This document shows, piece by piece, positions 50,507 through 61,500 of a stretch of DNA of 64,000 nucleotides. Origin of the DNA: Candidatus Babeliales bacterium. Lineage in GTDB: Bacteria; Babelota; Babeliae; Babelales; JANWKD01. Each line of letters begins with the position of its first letter. The stretch's first letter is position 1. Location of the stretch: positions 288,001 through 352,000 of the forward strand of contig CAVRJO010000001.1 of the NCBI GenBank assembly GCA_963722255.1. Direction: 5' to 3'. The translations under genes were made by a program, and so were the position numbers. The notes beneath the pieces are model-generated. The model searched no databases. It saw nothing but the letters and a program-made list of their open reading frames with translations, and was not told the origin of the DNA.

Positions 50507-51274
50507 TTATTCAGAATAATGTTTATAGCAAGTAGCTAATAATTTAATATATACTAGAAACAGAGAAGAATTCCATCCCCAAAAATTTAGGCCATGCAAA
50601 ATTCGATACGCACTCGTATTAACAGGTTCTCCCAAATTATCATATTCAATAAAATTTAAGAGTTGTGCGATTCTATCGCCATCTGAATCAGAACGTCCAG
50701 GAACAAGCTGAAAAATATTCCCTATATAATTTTTATAATTATAGCTTATACATAATTCTTGCGTTAACCGAGGTAAAAAATTTTGTTTCTTTAAAATATA
50801 ATGAAAAGCACCTGCTGCAATAAAACCTAACATCGGCCCAGCTAATAAACACACGACACTTGTTGAAGGAACTAAGTCATTGCCATTTTGAATTATTTTA
50901 GTAACGCCAGCCTGTGCATTTAACCCAATCAAATGAATGCCAGGCACAGGATTTTCTATAGGATTTGTTGAACCCAAATAAATCGATAGTGGCATATCAT
51001 GACAACACTTTAATACGAGAGCATGTCCTAATTCGTGAAAAAACATATTAATAAATGTACCCGCATAAGAAATTGCTGCAGCTAAAGCAACTTGCCCAGC
51101 AAATTTACCAAATCGTTTTACTTGCTCATTCTTTGACTGAGGTGCAGAGCCAGTTAAATTGCAATATAAAGACTCACCAATTTTTGGAATAAGACAAAAA
51201 TCCTGGATAACAGAATCCATCCCAATAAGAGAAATATTTTGAAACAATAAGAGCAGCAATAGATATTTTTTCAT
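50507..51274 (-). CDS. Secreted/membrane M50-family metallopeptidase
   Basis: Signal peptide, HELGH, LLAGP and QLVPGRSDSDG. Confidence 0.7.
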   Translation of the reverse strand: MKKYLLLLLLFQNISLIGMDSVIQDFCLIPKIGESLYCNLTGSAPQSKNEQVKRFGKFAGQVALAAAISYAGTFINMFFHELGHALVLKCCHDMPLSIYLGSTNPIENPVPGIHLIGLNAQAGVTKIIQNGNDLVPSTSVVCLLAGPMLGFIAAGAFHYILKKQNFLPRLTQELCISYNYKNYIGNIFQLVPGRSDSDGDRIAQLLNFIEYDNLGEPVNTSAYRILHGLNFWGWNSSLFLVYIKLLATCYKHYSE

Positions 51275-51395
51275 TGAAATCCAATAATTTTAAAGAAACT
51301 CTTCTTTTTTTCATATTATCAAATTGAAATAAATTGTCAACAAAAAAAACAAAATTCCCTCTATAAAACAGCTAAATCGCCTTTAAGCCATAGGG

Positions 51396-51425
51396 TTGAC
51401 CACAAATACACATTTGTGGTACAAT
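51396..51425 (+). promoter_or_regulatory. TA-operon promoter with a palindromic operator
   Basis: TTGACC-18 nt-TACAAT with TGn, overlapped by accacaaat-acac-atttgtggt. Confidence 0.7.
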
Positions 51426-51474
51426 GTAATAAGCGGCGAGGAAATACTAAAGTTAAAAATAAATAAGGAATAAA

Positions 51475-51726
51475 ATGGCTGCAAAGGAAAATAAGGCTCG
51501 CATTTCTATAGATGTCACAAAAGAACAACACAAGCTCCTAAAAGCGCGAGCTGCTTTGAGCGGAAAAACATTACAACAACTTATCTTAGATTCGGTTGGT
51601 GAAATTCCAGAGCAAGAATTATGGCTCTATGATCCTGCTAATAAGGAACTCGTAGAACGACTTAAAAATAGTTTTACAAAAGAAGCAACAGTAGAGTGGG
51701 ATTCAATAAAACATAAGTTTGAATAA
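51475..51726 (+). CDS. Ribbon-helix-helix antitoxin
   Basis: RISIDVTKEQHKLLKARAALSGKTL RHH pattern; directly upstream of the toxin. Confidence 0.75.
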   Translation: MAAKENKARISIDVTKEQHKLLKARAALSGKTLQQLILDSVGEIPEQELWLYDPANKELVERLKNSFTKEATVEWDSIKHKFE

Positions 51727-51728
51727 TA

Positions 51729-52022
51729 ATGTCAAAACTAAAGCTTACTGATAACGCTCTTAAAGATCTTGAACTTTTAAAAAAAGATCAGTCAAAAATT
51801 AGAATCTTAAAAGACGTTACTAAAGCGCTCAACCTCATGCAAGAAAACTTGCGTCATCCATCGTTAAATACCCATGAGTATAAAGGAATTAAAGGTCCTA
51901 ATGGAGAAAAGATTTTTGAAGCTTATGCTCAACAAAAAACATCTGGAGCTTATAGAATTTTTTGGCATTATGGTCCTGAAAAAATTACTGTAACAGTCAT
52001 TGCTATTGTGCCTCATCCTTAA
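51729..52022 (+). CDS. RelE/ParE-superfamily toxin
   Basis: LTDNALKDL, RHPSLNTHEY and AYRIFWHYG..IVPHP; 2-nt gap after the antitoxin. Confidence 0.7.
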   Translation: MSKLKLTDNALKDLELLKKDQSKIRILKDVTKALNLMQENLRHPSLNTHEYKGIKGPNGEKIFEAYAQQKTSGAYRIFWHYGPEKITVTVIAIVPHP

Positions 52023-52057
52023 CAACTGATGGCGTTTACGTTAACACTAATAATTCT

Positions 52058-53392
52058 TTACCCATTCTTTTGTACACTAATGTGCGCACCCAATGCTGCC
52101 AACTTGTTTTCAAAATGATCATACGCTCTTTTCCAATGGTGCATTCCTGTCATTACTGTAGTTCCTTGTGCAGCCAAACCGGCAATTACTAACGCACATG
52201 AACCTCGAATATCGGCGGCAATTACTGATGTACCATACAACGTTTCAACTCCAGTGATTGTTGCTCGATCACCTTTAACAGTAATTTGCGCACCCATTTT
52301 TTGTAGTTCACGTACATGCAAAAATCTATTTTCAAATACCGTCTCATGAACTTCACTTGTTCCCGAAGCCAAACATTGCAATGCCATCATAGGCGCCTGA
52401 AGATCAGTCGGGAATCCAGGGTATGGTGAAGTTACAAACGATACAGCACGAGGCGTTTTGGTTGCAACTAAACGAATACCTTTGCCGTTGCTCCCAATCT
52501 CAATACAATGTCCCATTTCTTCAAGTTTTAATAAAAAGACATCAAGATTATGCGCTAATGCTTGAGGTAAATAAATTGATCCTCCCGTAATAGCAGTAGC
52601 CGCTAATAGTGCCCCAGCTTCTAAGCGATCAAACATGATCTGATGCTGTAGAGGCAATAACGTTGAAACTCCTTCGATTTCAATAGTTGCAGGTGGATAT
52701 ACCGTAATTTTTGCTCCCATCTTAGTAAGCACTGCAATGAGATCGATAACTTCTGGTTCAAGCGATGCATTAATAATATGCGTTATTCCCGGAGTAAGAA
52801 CCGCAGCCATCATTATATTTTCAGTGGCACCAACACTTGGATATTCTAAAACCAAATTACCCGATTTCAATTGCGGCGTTGAACCAATTATAGTTTCACC
52901 ATCAACTACAAAATGAACGCCCATCTTTTCAAAATTTTTAAGATGAAAATTTATAGGCCGAGTCCCAATTGAACATCCGCCCGGCAGAGCAATTTCTGCT
53001 CGCGCAAATCGAGCAAGCAACGGCCCCATAACTAATACAGAAGCTCTCATTTTTTTCATAAGGGCCGATGATACTTTACAACGCGAAATCATACTCGTAT
53101 CGACTTCCAATTTTTTTGAATCTGTATCAAAGATGATGTGAGCACCCAATTCTTGCATTAAAGCGATCATTTGAAGAACATCATTAGAATGTGGGACATT
53201 TGTTAAAATAGATTTGCCTTCCGTTAACAATAAGGATGCAATAATAACAAGCACCGCATTTTTTGCTCCCGAAAGTTCTACTTCACCGGAAAGATTATGT
53301 GATTGTTTAACAATAATTCTTCCATCTACACAATCCTGATCCAATAAAAACTGTCTAACGATACTTTCAGTTGTTTGAGAACTACTATTCAT
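52058..53392 (-). CDS. murA: UDP-N-acetylglucosamine 1-carboxyvinyltransferase
   Basis: SGAKNA, LPGGCSIGTRP, SVGATEN, PYPGFPTDLQ and ETVFENRF. Confidence 0.97.
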   Translation of the reverse strand: MNSSSQTTESIVRQFLLDQDCVDGRIIVKQSHNLSGEVELSGAKNAVLVIIASLLLTEGKSILTNVPHSNDVLQMIALMQELGAHIIFDTDSKKLEVDTSMISRCKVSSALMKKMRASVLVMGPLLARFARAEIALPGGCSIGTRPINFHLKNFEKMGVHFVVDGETIIGSTPQLKSGNLVLEYPSVGATENIMMAAVLTPGITHIINASLEPEVIDLIAVLTKMGAKITVYPPATIEIEGVSTLLPLQHQIMFDRLEAGALLAATAITGGSIYLPQALAHNLDVFLLKLEEMGHCIEIGSNGKGIRLVATKTPRAVSFVTSPYPGFPTDLQAPMMALQCLASGTSEVHETVFENRFLHVRELQKMGAQITVKGDRATITGVETLYGTSVIAADIRGSCALVIAGLAAQGTTVMTGMHHWKRAYDHFENKLAALGAHISVQKNG

Positions 53393-53599
53393 TCGGGGTC
53401 CCTAAAAAATTTATACTCATATTAATCTGCATTAGTTGTAGAGTGCACTATGCAGCTTATACTAATAAAAAAACAAAAAAAAATACATTATTACGTACGT
53501 TCAAAAATCTATCCATATTATTTTCAAAAAAAACAATCCTGGTATTCTAATACATTGCGTATTCTTTACTCGTTTGACACTTTAACATAAATGCGACCT

Positions 53600-54190
53600 A
53601 TGAAAAAAACAATACATACAAAAGGAAGTTTGGAAGTAATCTGTGGATCAATGTTCTCCGGAAAAAGCGAAGAACTGATTCGTCGTCTTAATCGTGCAAC
53701 CTTTGCCCGCTTATCGGTTCAGACCTTTAAGCATAGCCTCGATAAAAGAACAGCTATAGAAAATGTTGCTTCTCACAATGGGAATACTTTTACGGCAATC
53801 CCCCTAGAAAATCCCGATGAACTGCTTTCATTAATCAAAGATGAAACAAATGTGGTTGGTATTGACGAAATACAATGGTTTTCTCTTGATATCATACCAG
53901 TTGTTTGCAAGCTTATAGAATTAAATAAACGAGTTATTGTGGCAGGTCTTGATTTGGATTTCAAAGGAGTACCCTTTGGTTGCATGCCTCTTTTAATGTC
54001 AATTGCCGATGATATAACAAAACTTAAAGCAATTTGTATAGTTTGTGGCAACGATGCACATTTTACTCAACGCCTTGTTAATGGGAAACCTGCAAAATTT
54101 GATGACCCCATCATTTTAGTTGGCTCACAAGAATGTTATCAAGCACGCTGCAGATCATGCCACAGTATTGATAAACAACCAACCTTTTAA
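53600..54190 (+). CDS. tdk: Thymidine kinase
   Basis: GSMFSGKSEEL, IDEIQ, AGLDLDF and YQARCRSC. Confidence 0.96.
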   Translation: MKKTIHTKGSLEVICGSMFSGKSEELIRRLNRATFARLSVQTFKHSLDKRTAIENVASHNGNTFTAIPLENPDELLSLIKDETNVVGIDEIQWFSLDIIPVVCKLIELNKRVIVAGLDLDFKGVPFGCMPLLMSIADDITKLKAICIVCGNDAHFTQRLVNGKPAKFDDPIILVGSQECYQARCRSCHSIDKQPTF

Positions 54191-54229
54191 AGCACAAAAA
54201 ATAATTCTATAACATTTTGTAAAGCTTTC

Positions 54230-54277
54230 AAAAAAATTGCCACTCAGAGTAGATTCTACTTGGTGGCAATTTTTTTT
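54230..54277. terminator. Intrinsic terminator after tdk
   Basis: aaaaaaattgccac ... gtggcaatttttttt hairpin with a T-tail. Confidence 0.75.
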
Positions 54278-54355
54278 GCCTGTACGGTTATTAGTCTTGC
54301 TCGTATATGTATATACTATTTAAAATATTTATAATGCATTACAAAGAGGCTTTCG

Positions 54356-55129
54356 ATGAAATATTACAAAAGTGCAATTTATAGCATCGTATTTTCAATC
54401 ACTTCATTCACTTTTTCGATGGAAAATATCGTTTCCTTATATGATTGCTTGGCATTATCTCCACAGCTACAATAAACAATGTTGAAAAAGCTTTTAATAA
54501 TTTTTGTCAAAATCAAAGCAGTAAAACAATAAAACAGATCTTAAAAGAAGAATCTACATCAACAATCATAGAGTCTTACATCATCTTAAGTTCGCCTATT
54601 TGGAAAGAGATATATGACAAAACTTATAATCTTGATTGTTTTTATCATGAAGCCTCATCTGCTTATTCTGAAGAACAACTTGATCTTTATCGTACGCTTC
54701 AAGCTCCAAAAAATGCCAGCAAATCTGAACTATTAAAATGTTATATACTACAAACCAAACACAAATAGTCCTTATAAATTTCCAGAAAATTCTCAAGAGG
54801 CTAAAGAAGCAGAAGAAAGATACGAAGAGATTATATACAGCTATGTACTACTAAGTAATAAGGCTTTACGCGCCATATATGATAAAGACAATAATAAATT
54901 TCGGTTTCTAGTTGCGCTCAAAAAACATGATGCTTTTAAAAGAATAAAAAAATGTGCTAAAGTTAAAGACCAACGAAGAGGAAATTATCGATCACTTTCG
55001 TTAAATTTGACAGATCTAAAAGAAACTCTAATTCTCGATTTGGTTAAATCTAACCGGTTTAACCAAATAAAAAAGCTTATTGATGAACTCGACAATAAAG
55101 AACTCAACCAGAATGAAAAAAAAGACTGA
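54356..55129 (+). CDS. Secreted tandem J-domain-like protein (two frameshifts: error or pseudogene)
   Basis: Manual join: MKYYKSAIYSIVFSITSFTFS|MENIVSLYD-LLGIISTAT ... DLYRTLQAPKNASKSEL ... SPYKFP ... EERYEEIIYSYVLLSNKALRAIYD. Confidence 0.6.
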
Positions 55130-55365
55130 ATTCTATTGTACTATGCAAAGACTACTGTCCCTTTTTTTATAAAGGTATCCGTTATCTTTTATTAATTTAC
55201 AGCTTAGTATTTGTACCAAATAATTAACGATCCCAATCTGTACCTAGCACATAATTAATTTCAAATAAGATTTTTTTATTATTTTCTCACATTGCTTATT
55301 GCTTATCTTTATAGTACAATATAAACACAGTGAAAATAATTTTATACTTAAAATTAAAGGATATT

Positions 55366-56112
55366 ATGAAAAATAATTTCAAAAAATATTTAATTTTACT
55401 CCTAGCTTCGTGCGGAATATTAAATGCCATGGAATATAAAGAAGATTATTACGCCCTTCTCAATCTTTCTCAAAATGCCTCGCCAATAGAAATAACAGAA
55501 TCTTTAAATAATCTTTATAAAGCTGCATACCCGAAGATAGTAATCAAAGAATCAAGAGAATCAGCGCAAAATGAGTTTTTCAGGAAAAGCGTAATAGCAT
55601 ACATGGTGTTAAGCAATCCTGAACTTAAAGAAGCTTATGACCAAAATTCAGCATGCTTTAATGAAGAACCATTCCAGTATTATTCTCTTTTAAATGTCCC
55701 CTTAGAGATCCCTCAAAATAAAACAAATAACAATAAAACACCCCCGGCAGCTCTTGATGAAAAAAATGTATATGATCTTTTTACCTCAATTCAACCAAAA
55801 ACTATTTCTGAAGCATTACATAATTGCGGCAATGATGCCGAATTATATGCTTATGATCTGTTAAGCGATAATGCCTTACGTTCGTTATATCATCAGAATC
55901 CAACGCCCTCAAAATTTGCTAAAAGTTTAGACGAATATCGTAAAACATTAGTTCCAAATAGCTCTTATATATCCCAAGAAGAAAAAGAATCACCATTATC
56001 TAAAAAAAAATCAAAAAAGAAGATAAAATTATCGCATAGGTTGACTTTATCTGGAATAGTTTCAAAACTAAAACGAACTCCAAGTTATCGTTCAAACACA
56101 GGAAAAATATAA
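55366..56112 (+). CDS. Secreted J-domain-like protein
   Basis: Signal peptide; DYYALLNLSQNAS...AYMVLSNPELKEAYDQ; second degenerate unit AYDLLSDNALRSLY. Confidence 0.7.
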   Translation: MKNNFKKYLILLLASCGILNAMEYKEDYYALLNLSQNASPIEITESLNNLYKAAYPKIVIKESRESAQNEFFRKSVIAYMVLSNPELKEAYDQNSACFNEEPFQYYSLLNVPLEIPQNKTNNNKTPPAALDEKNVYDLFTSIQPKTISEALHNCGNDAELYAYDLLSDNALRSLYHQNPTPSKFAKSLDEYRKTLVPNSSYISQEEKESPLSKKKSKKKIKLSHRLTLSGIVSKLKRTPSYRSNTGKI

Positions 56113-56120
56113 TAGAGCCT

Positions 56121-57470
56121 ATGAAACATAAAGCTGAATTTTTTTGTTCAGAATGCGATTATCATCCCGCTAAATGGCTTGGATGTTGCCCTCATTGCCA
56201 AACATGGGGAACAATTTCTGAAAAGGTAGCGCCTACTGCCAATGCCACCGCTTCTATCTTGCGCCCCGGTAGCAGCCTTACCTTAACCTCGCTTTCGGAT
56301 GTTTTAACCGCCCCAAAAGAACGTATGCTTACTAACATCTCAGAATGGGATAGAGTTCTCGGGGGTGGCATAATGCAAGGATCTTTTATTATTGTCACTG
56401 GAGACCCAGGTATTGGAAAATCAACCTTATTACTGCAAATTGCAGATCGCTTGTCACAGAACCATACCATTTTTTATTTTTCTTCAGAAGAATCCCTTGA
56501 GCAAATTACTGCACGCGCTCGAAGACTCAATTGCTCTAACAACAATCTTCTTTTTTCGGATGAAGGGAATCTTGAATCAATCATAAAAACAGCACAAGAA
56601 CAAAAACCTGCAATCATTATCGTCGATTCAATTCAAAACTGTTATTCATCCACAGCCCAAGCAATTCCCGGAACGGTAGGTCAATTACGTGAATCCGCCT
56701 TTCATCTTATGCGGCTAGCAAAGGAATATGACATCGCCATTATTGTTACCGGCCACATTACTAAGGATGGAACGATAGCAGGACCAAAAATGTTAGAACA
56801 TATGGTTGATGCAGTTTTTTATTTACAAGGCGAAGATCGCTGGCAAACGCGTGTATTGCGTTCAGTTAAAAATAGATTTGGTGCAATTAACGAAATAGGC
56901 TTTTTTGAAATGCAAGAAAACGGACTTCAAGAAGTTGCTAATATCAACCAGCAACTACTTAATGAAGCATCGTATGCACCAGGCTCAACGCTTATAAGCT
57001 ATTGCGAAGGGTCGCGACCTTTACTTTTAGAACTTCAAGCACTCGTTGTCCCTTCAAAGTTTGGTATTCCTCAACGTGTTATCTCAGGTCTTGATCAAAA
57101 ACAGGTTGTCATCATTGCAGCTATACTTGAGAAATATCTACAAATCCCTTTTAGCTCACATGACATCTTTTTCAAAATTAGCGGAGGCTTTAAAATAAAA
57201 GAAAGCACCGCTGATCTGGGCATAGCATTAGCCCTTCTCTCCAGCTACTTCAAAAAACCAGTTCCTAAAAAATCACTTATACTTGGAGAAATTAATTTAA
57301 CCGGCCAAATAAAACCAATTAATCACATAACTATCCACATCACTGAAGCACAAAAGTTCGGTATTGAACAACTGATTCTTGCAAAGAATCAAAAAATTGA
57401 AAAAAGCTTATCAACTTCTTTACACAAATTTCAATCCGTATATGAACTCGTATCATTATTTGATGAATAA
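56121..57470 (+). CDS. radA: DNA repair protein RadA/Sms
   Basis: C4 zinc finger, GDPGIGKST, GPKMLEHMVD and KNRFG. Confidence 0.97.
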   Translation: MKHKAEFFCSECDYHPAKWLGCCPHCQTWGTISEKVAPTANATASILRPGSSLTLTSLSDVLTAPKERMLTNISEWDRVLGGGIMQGSFIIVTGDPGIGKSTLLLQIADRLSQNHTIFYFSSEESLEQITARARRLNCSNNNLLFSDEGNLESIIKTAQEQKPAIIIVDSIQNCYSSTAQAIPGTVGQLRESAFHLMRLAKEYDIAIIVTGHITKDGTIAGPKMLEHMVDAVFYLQGEDRWQTRVLRSVKNRFGAINEIGFFEMQENGLQEVANINQQLLNEASYAPGSTLISYCEGSRPLLLELQALVVPSKFGIPQRVISGLDQKQVVIIAAILEKYLQIPFSSHDIFFKISGGFKIKESTADLGIALALLSSYFKKPVPKKSLILGEINLTGQIKPINHITIHITEAQKFGIEQLILAKNQKIEKSLSTSLHKFQSVYELVSLFDE

Positions 57471-57625
57471 ATTCAATACTTTCACAATTGTAAAAATAAA
57501 TTTAAGATAATTGCCATTTTGTACTATACATAGTATTCTTACTAAAGAGCATATAACTTTAGAATAGTGTACTGAGTTTTTATTATTTCAAAAACTAAGT
57601 ACCTTAAGCCAAAAGAGCTTATGAT

Positions 57626-58552
57626 ATGAACTACACTTCCTTACTTTTTTTATTTCCATTATTATTTGTATGCTCGGGTTGTGTCCATTCTCCCTCACAG
57701 CACTATTATTCACACATAATTACTTGTACTACACCCGAAAAGCCGCTTATTTTTACAGAAAAGCCTCCTCTTCATTCCAATGAGAGAACCATCACTATAT
57801 GGATACATGGAACAAAAGCGTTTTTTTCTAAATTTCTTTACACAAATTTTTTTTATACACGAAAGGGAGTTCATAGTGCCTTGAGCTTTGAACCTCACTA
57901 CCATCTTCGAGAAATCGCAGAACTTTTATACGCGCAAAACCCACAAAAGTTCCCCATCGATGACTTTTATTTTTATGGTTGGTCAGGGAAATTAAGCTTC
58001 AAAGCACGATATAAAGCTGCTAAAAAACTGTATATTCAAATACAGGCACTGGTAAAACAGTATGAAGATGCGTATGGAATAAAACCTTCAATTCGTATCA
58101 TAACGCATAGCCATGGCGGTAATGTCGCGCTTAATTTAGCGTGCTTCAATAATGATATGCAGCTTTTTATTGATGAACTCATTCTTATGGCATGTCCAGT
58201 GCAAGAACGAACCTGTAATCTAACGGCGCATTCTATGTTCAAAAAAATTTATTCACTTTATTCGCGGTTTGATTCGATTCAAGTTCTAGATCCTCAATGG
58301 CTTTATTATTTGCTTAAAAAAGACTTTACAGAAGCTCCGGTAAAACCGAATAGTTTCTTTTCTAAAAGGGATTTTCCACCCTTAGAAAAAATGGTGCAAG
58401 TCCAACTAAAACTTAACAATCGCGGTATCATGCATATTGAGTTCATTACTAACAAGTTTGTAGGTCTGCTACCAATTATTCTGCATGAAATCAATCAGCT
58501 GAAATCTATTACCCCTTTTTCAACTAATGTTATTACTCTTAAGCTGCTTTAA
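57626..58552 (+). CDS. Alpha/beta-hydrolase-like lipoprotein
   Basis: Lipobox CSGC, WIHGT oxyanion motif and THSHGG nucleophile elbow. Confidence 0.65.
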   Translation: MNYTSLLFLFPLLFVCSGCVHSPSQHYYSHIITCTTPEKPLIFTEKPPLHSNERTITIWIHGTKAFFSKFLYTNFFYTRKGVHSALSFEPHYHLREIAELLYAQNPQKFPIDDFYFYGWSGKLSFKARYKAAKKLYIQIQALVKQYEDAYGIKPSIRIITHSHGGNVALNLACFNNDMQLFIDELILMACPVQERTCNLTAHSMFKKIYSLYSRFDSIQVLDPQWLYYLLKKDFTEAPVKPNSFFSKRDFPPLEKMVQVQLKLNNRGIMHIEFITNKFVGLLPIILHEINQLKSITPFSTNVITLKLL

Positions 58553-61500
58553 GAGCTCGCTCTTGTATTTCACAATTTTGTGCTCTAACTCTTCAATCAT
58601 TTTTTCTTGTTCCTCAGTAAACACGATGCTTATATCAGTTCCAGCATCACTCAGATAATAACGCAAGCTAATTAATTGTCTCTTTTTAAGAGCATCGAGA
58701 GCATCTTTTACAATTTTCAACGGTTGTTTGAGTCCCATACAGTTATAAAATGGTTCTCCTTTGGTCTGCTTTAAAAGTTGATCAGAAGCATTAAGAATTT
58801 GATCAATTAATAAATTAGGCAGTTGATTAATTACAACAAAATCGCCCTCAGAGCCTTTTGGATTTGAACATAAAGCATAAAAACCATCTCTGAATGCTTT
58901 GCTAAATTCAATTTGTTTAATTAAATCTTTTAACTGCTCCGATTCTTTCTTTTTTAATTTTCGAAAACCACGCTTTTTATGCATTAATTTTTTAAACTTC
59001 CTGTCGTTGTAGTCTTGATCTCCTAATGAATCCATAACTTCGTAATATATTTTTCCATCTTTACTTATTTGTTTTATAGCGATCCAATGTGTAAAGGTTC
59101 GATAATATTCGGATTCTTCGCTATACCTCCCATTTTGATCCCAACTAGTATCTTCGTCAGCTAAGCTTACTAGATAGGCCCTTTCAAAATCTTTACCCTT
59201 ATCAATATCATCATGGATACGAGCAATTTGATTAATAACAGTTACATCTAAACCATACTTTCCTGCACAATATCTGCCAACATCAGGTATAAATATGACA
59301 GAATCCTCAGAAGAATATTCTTTATGTAATTGAGCAATTTCTTCTTCATTCAACCATTGAACGTCACCATCATCGCGCTTTTTCTTAATCTTCTTTTTAC
59401 AGTTCTTAAGAAATGATTCCAAATTAATTGTTATTTTATTTACTGAGTTCAATGCATTATATAATGCATGATACCCACATTCAGCATTATTTTGCCTTTT
59501 TACTTCTACATGATTAAAGGTAATAGCATCTTGCATTTTTTTTCCAGAATTTCTCGTTGTAACAGGAACAGAAATATTTGATTCTGATATATATGGCACA
59601 GCTCTTTCATTATCCTGAAGTAAAAGTTTAATCAAGTTGTACCAAACACGCTGCTCTTTTTTTTGATCCTGCAAATTTTTATTCATAGCGGTTGGTGCAA
59701 TAAATTTAAAGGGGCCTTCGCTTTGCAATAAAGCATTATCCTTAACACATTCGGCATACAAACTATTTTGGGACTTAACCATTAGTTGCTGCTGATCACA
59801 ATAAATCGGAAATCTTCTCTTATAAAAAAAATAACACCATGCAGCTATTTTCGTTTTAAAGTCATATGAAGACCATACTTCATTAATATTTTTTTCCTTA
59901 TATTCTTCAAGGTCATGTTGACTTTTTATTGTTGCAGCCTCTACTTGCTGAATAACTTTACTATTCTCTTCTAATTTCCTTCTATAAGGAGCATGCTCGC
60001 GCTCAAGCATATAAATAAACCAAGCATTAAAGATATTTTGAATTTTTTGAGCATCTAATTCATCGTTTTTTTTATAAAACTTTTTAACAATTTTGAAAAA
60101 TTCCTTATGGTTTATTTGGAGCAATTCTTGATAATAACTATAAATCTCATCTGACAAAGGTGTATCTTTAAATAAAATTTCTAAATAATTACCACCATAA
60201 AAATCACGTAATATATTTAATTTCTCTTTTTTTAATAACTTCTTTTGAATTGCATCTTCATATTTTTTTATTTTTTGTTTACACATGTCATAAGATTCAT
60301 CAATGCTGCTTATCTCTTTACGGCAAAGCTTCTGCTGCTGTTCAAATTCTTTTTGCTCATCCTCTATTAAATCTGCCTTATCATTCTTTGAAAATAAGGA
60401 AAGATATCCCCTAGCTTTTACAATCTCATCTTGCACATGTTTATTAACTCGAATTCTTTCAGTACACGCAGCTAATTTCTCTTGCCATACTTCAAACTTC
60501 TCGCGCACTTCAATCTTTTTTTCTCTTAATATCCTTTGCTCTTCAAAAAGACTATTTAATGATTGCGATTCTAAGCTACCATCAGCTAATTTCTTTTTGC
60601 TCTTCAAAATAGAATTGGCTATATCCTCTTTTTCTTAAAATACCATTAAGAGCTTCCAATTTTTTTTCTATAGAAAGACTATTATCTTCTAGCTTCTTAA
60701 TCTCAAGTTGTACCTTATTTTCTGACTCATAATGTGCTGCTATAGCCTGAGAAATACGTTTGGCATCTTCCTGATTTATTTCGATATCAAGAACCATTTT
60801 TTTACTTTTTTCAAAACTCTCTTTTGCTTCTTTTTTTTCTTTTTTAATAAGAACTTTTTGCCTTTTAGGCACGCCATTCTTACGAGCATTAGCCAATTCC
60901 ATTCGATATTTTTCTAGATGCTCTTGAGCAGCCTTCATTTCATTTCTTAACCTTAACAAGTTAGGCTGCGATTCGTTACAAAGATCACGAAGCTTACCAA
61001 GCATAACCTTTTTACTCTCTACATCCATTTTCATTGAACTATTTTTAAACTCATTACAAAGCAGATCAATTTGCTTTTTTGTGTCCTCACATTTTTTTTC
61101 AAGTTTATTCTTCTTTCTTATTAAGAAAGAATCATCTTCAACTCCGGCACATTTTTCTTCAAAAGTATTAGGATTTTTATGAATACCAGCTTTAAGTACT
61201 ACTTGCGTCTTTTCATAAAATAATGAACCTATCTTAGATAAATAGGAATAAAGTTGATCTTCTAATTTCGGTATTTGACGATGATTAACTGCATCTTGTG
61301 CAGCTGAATCGGCCGCAGCCGTTAAATTCCGTATCAGAAATAAACTTTGGTTAACAGACCACAGTAAAGGATTTATACTCGTCTTACCATGATTTTTTAA
61401 AAGGGACACTACTACCGACTTCAATTGAGAAGGAACCTTTTCTTGAGCAATTCGTGATATCTTTGTAGGAGCCATATCCTGCTCTATTGCCTTTTCAATA

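Noticed and set aside
53579..53610. dif-like site (tttaacataa)
   Set aside because: Only the XerD-like half matches; there is no XerC arm at 6-bp spacing.
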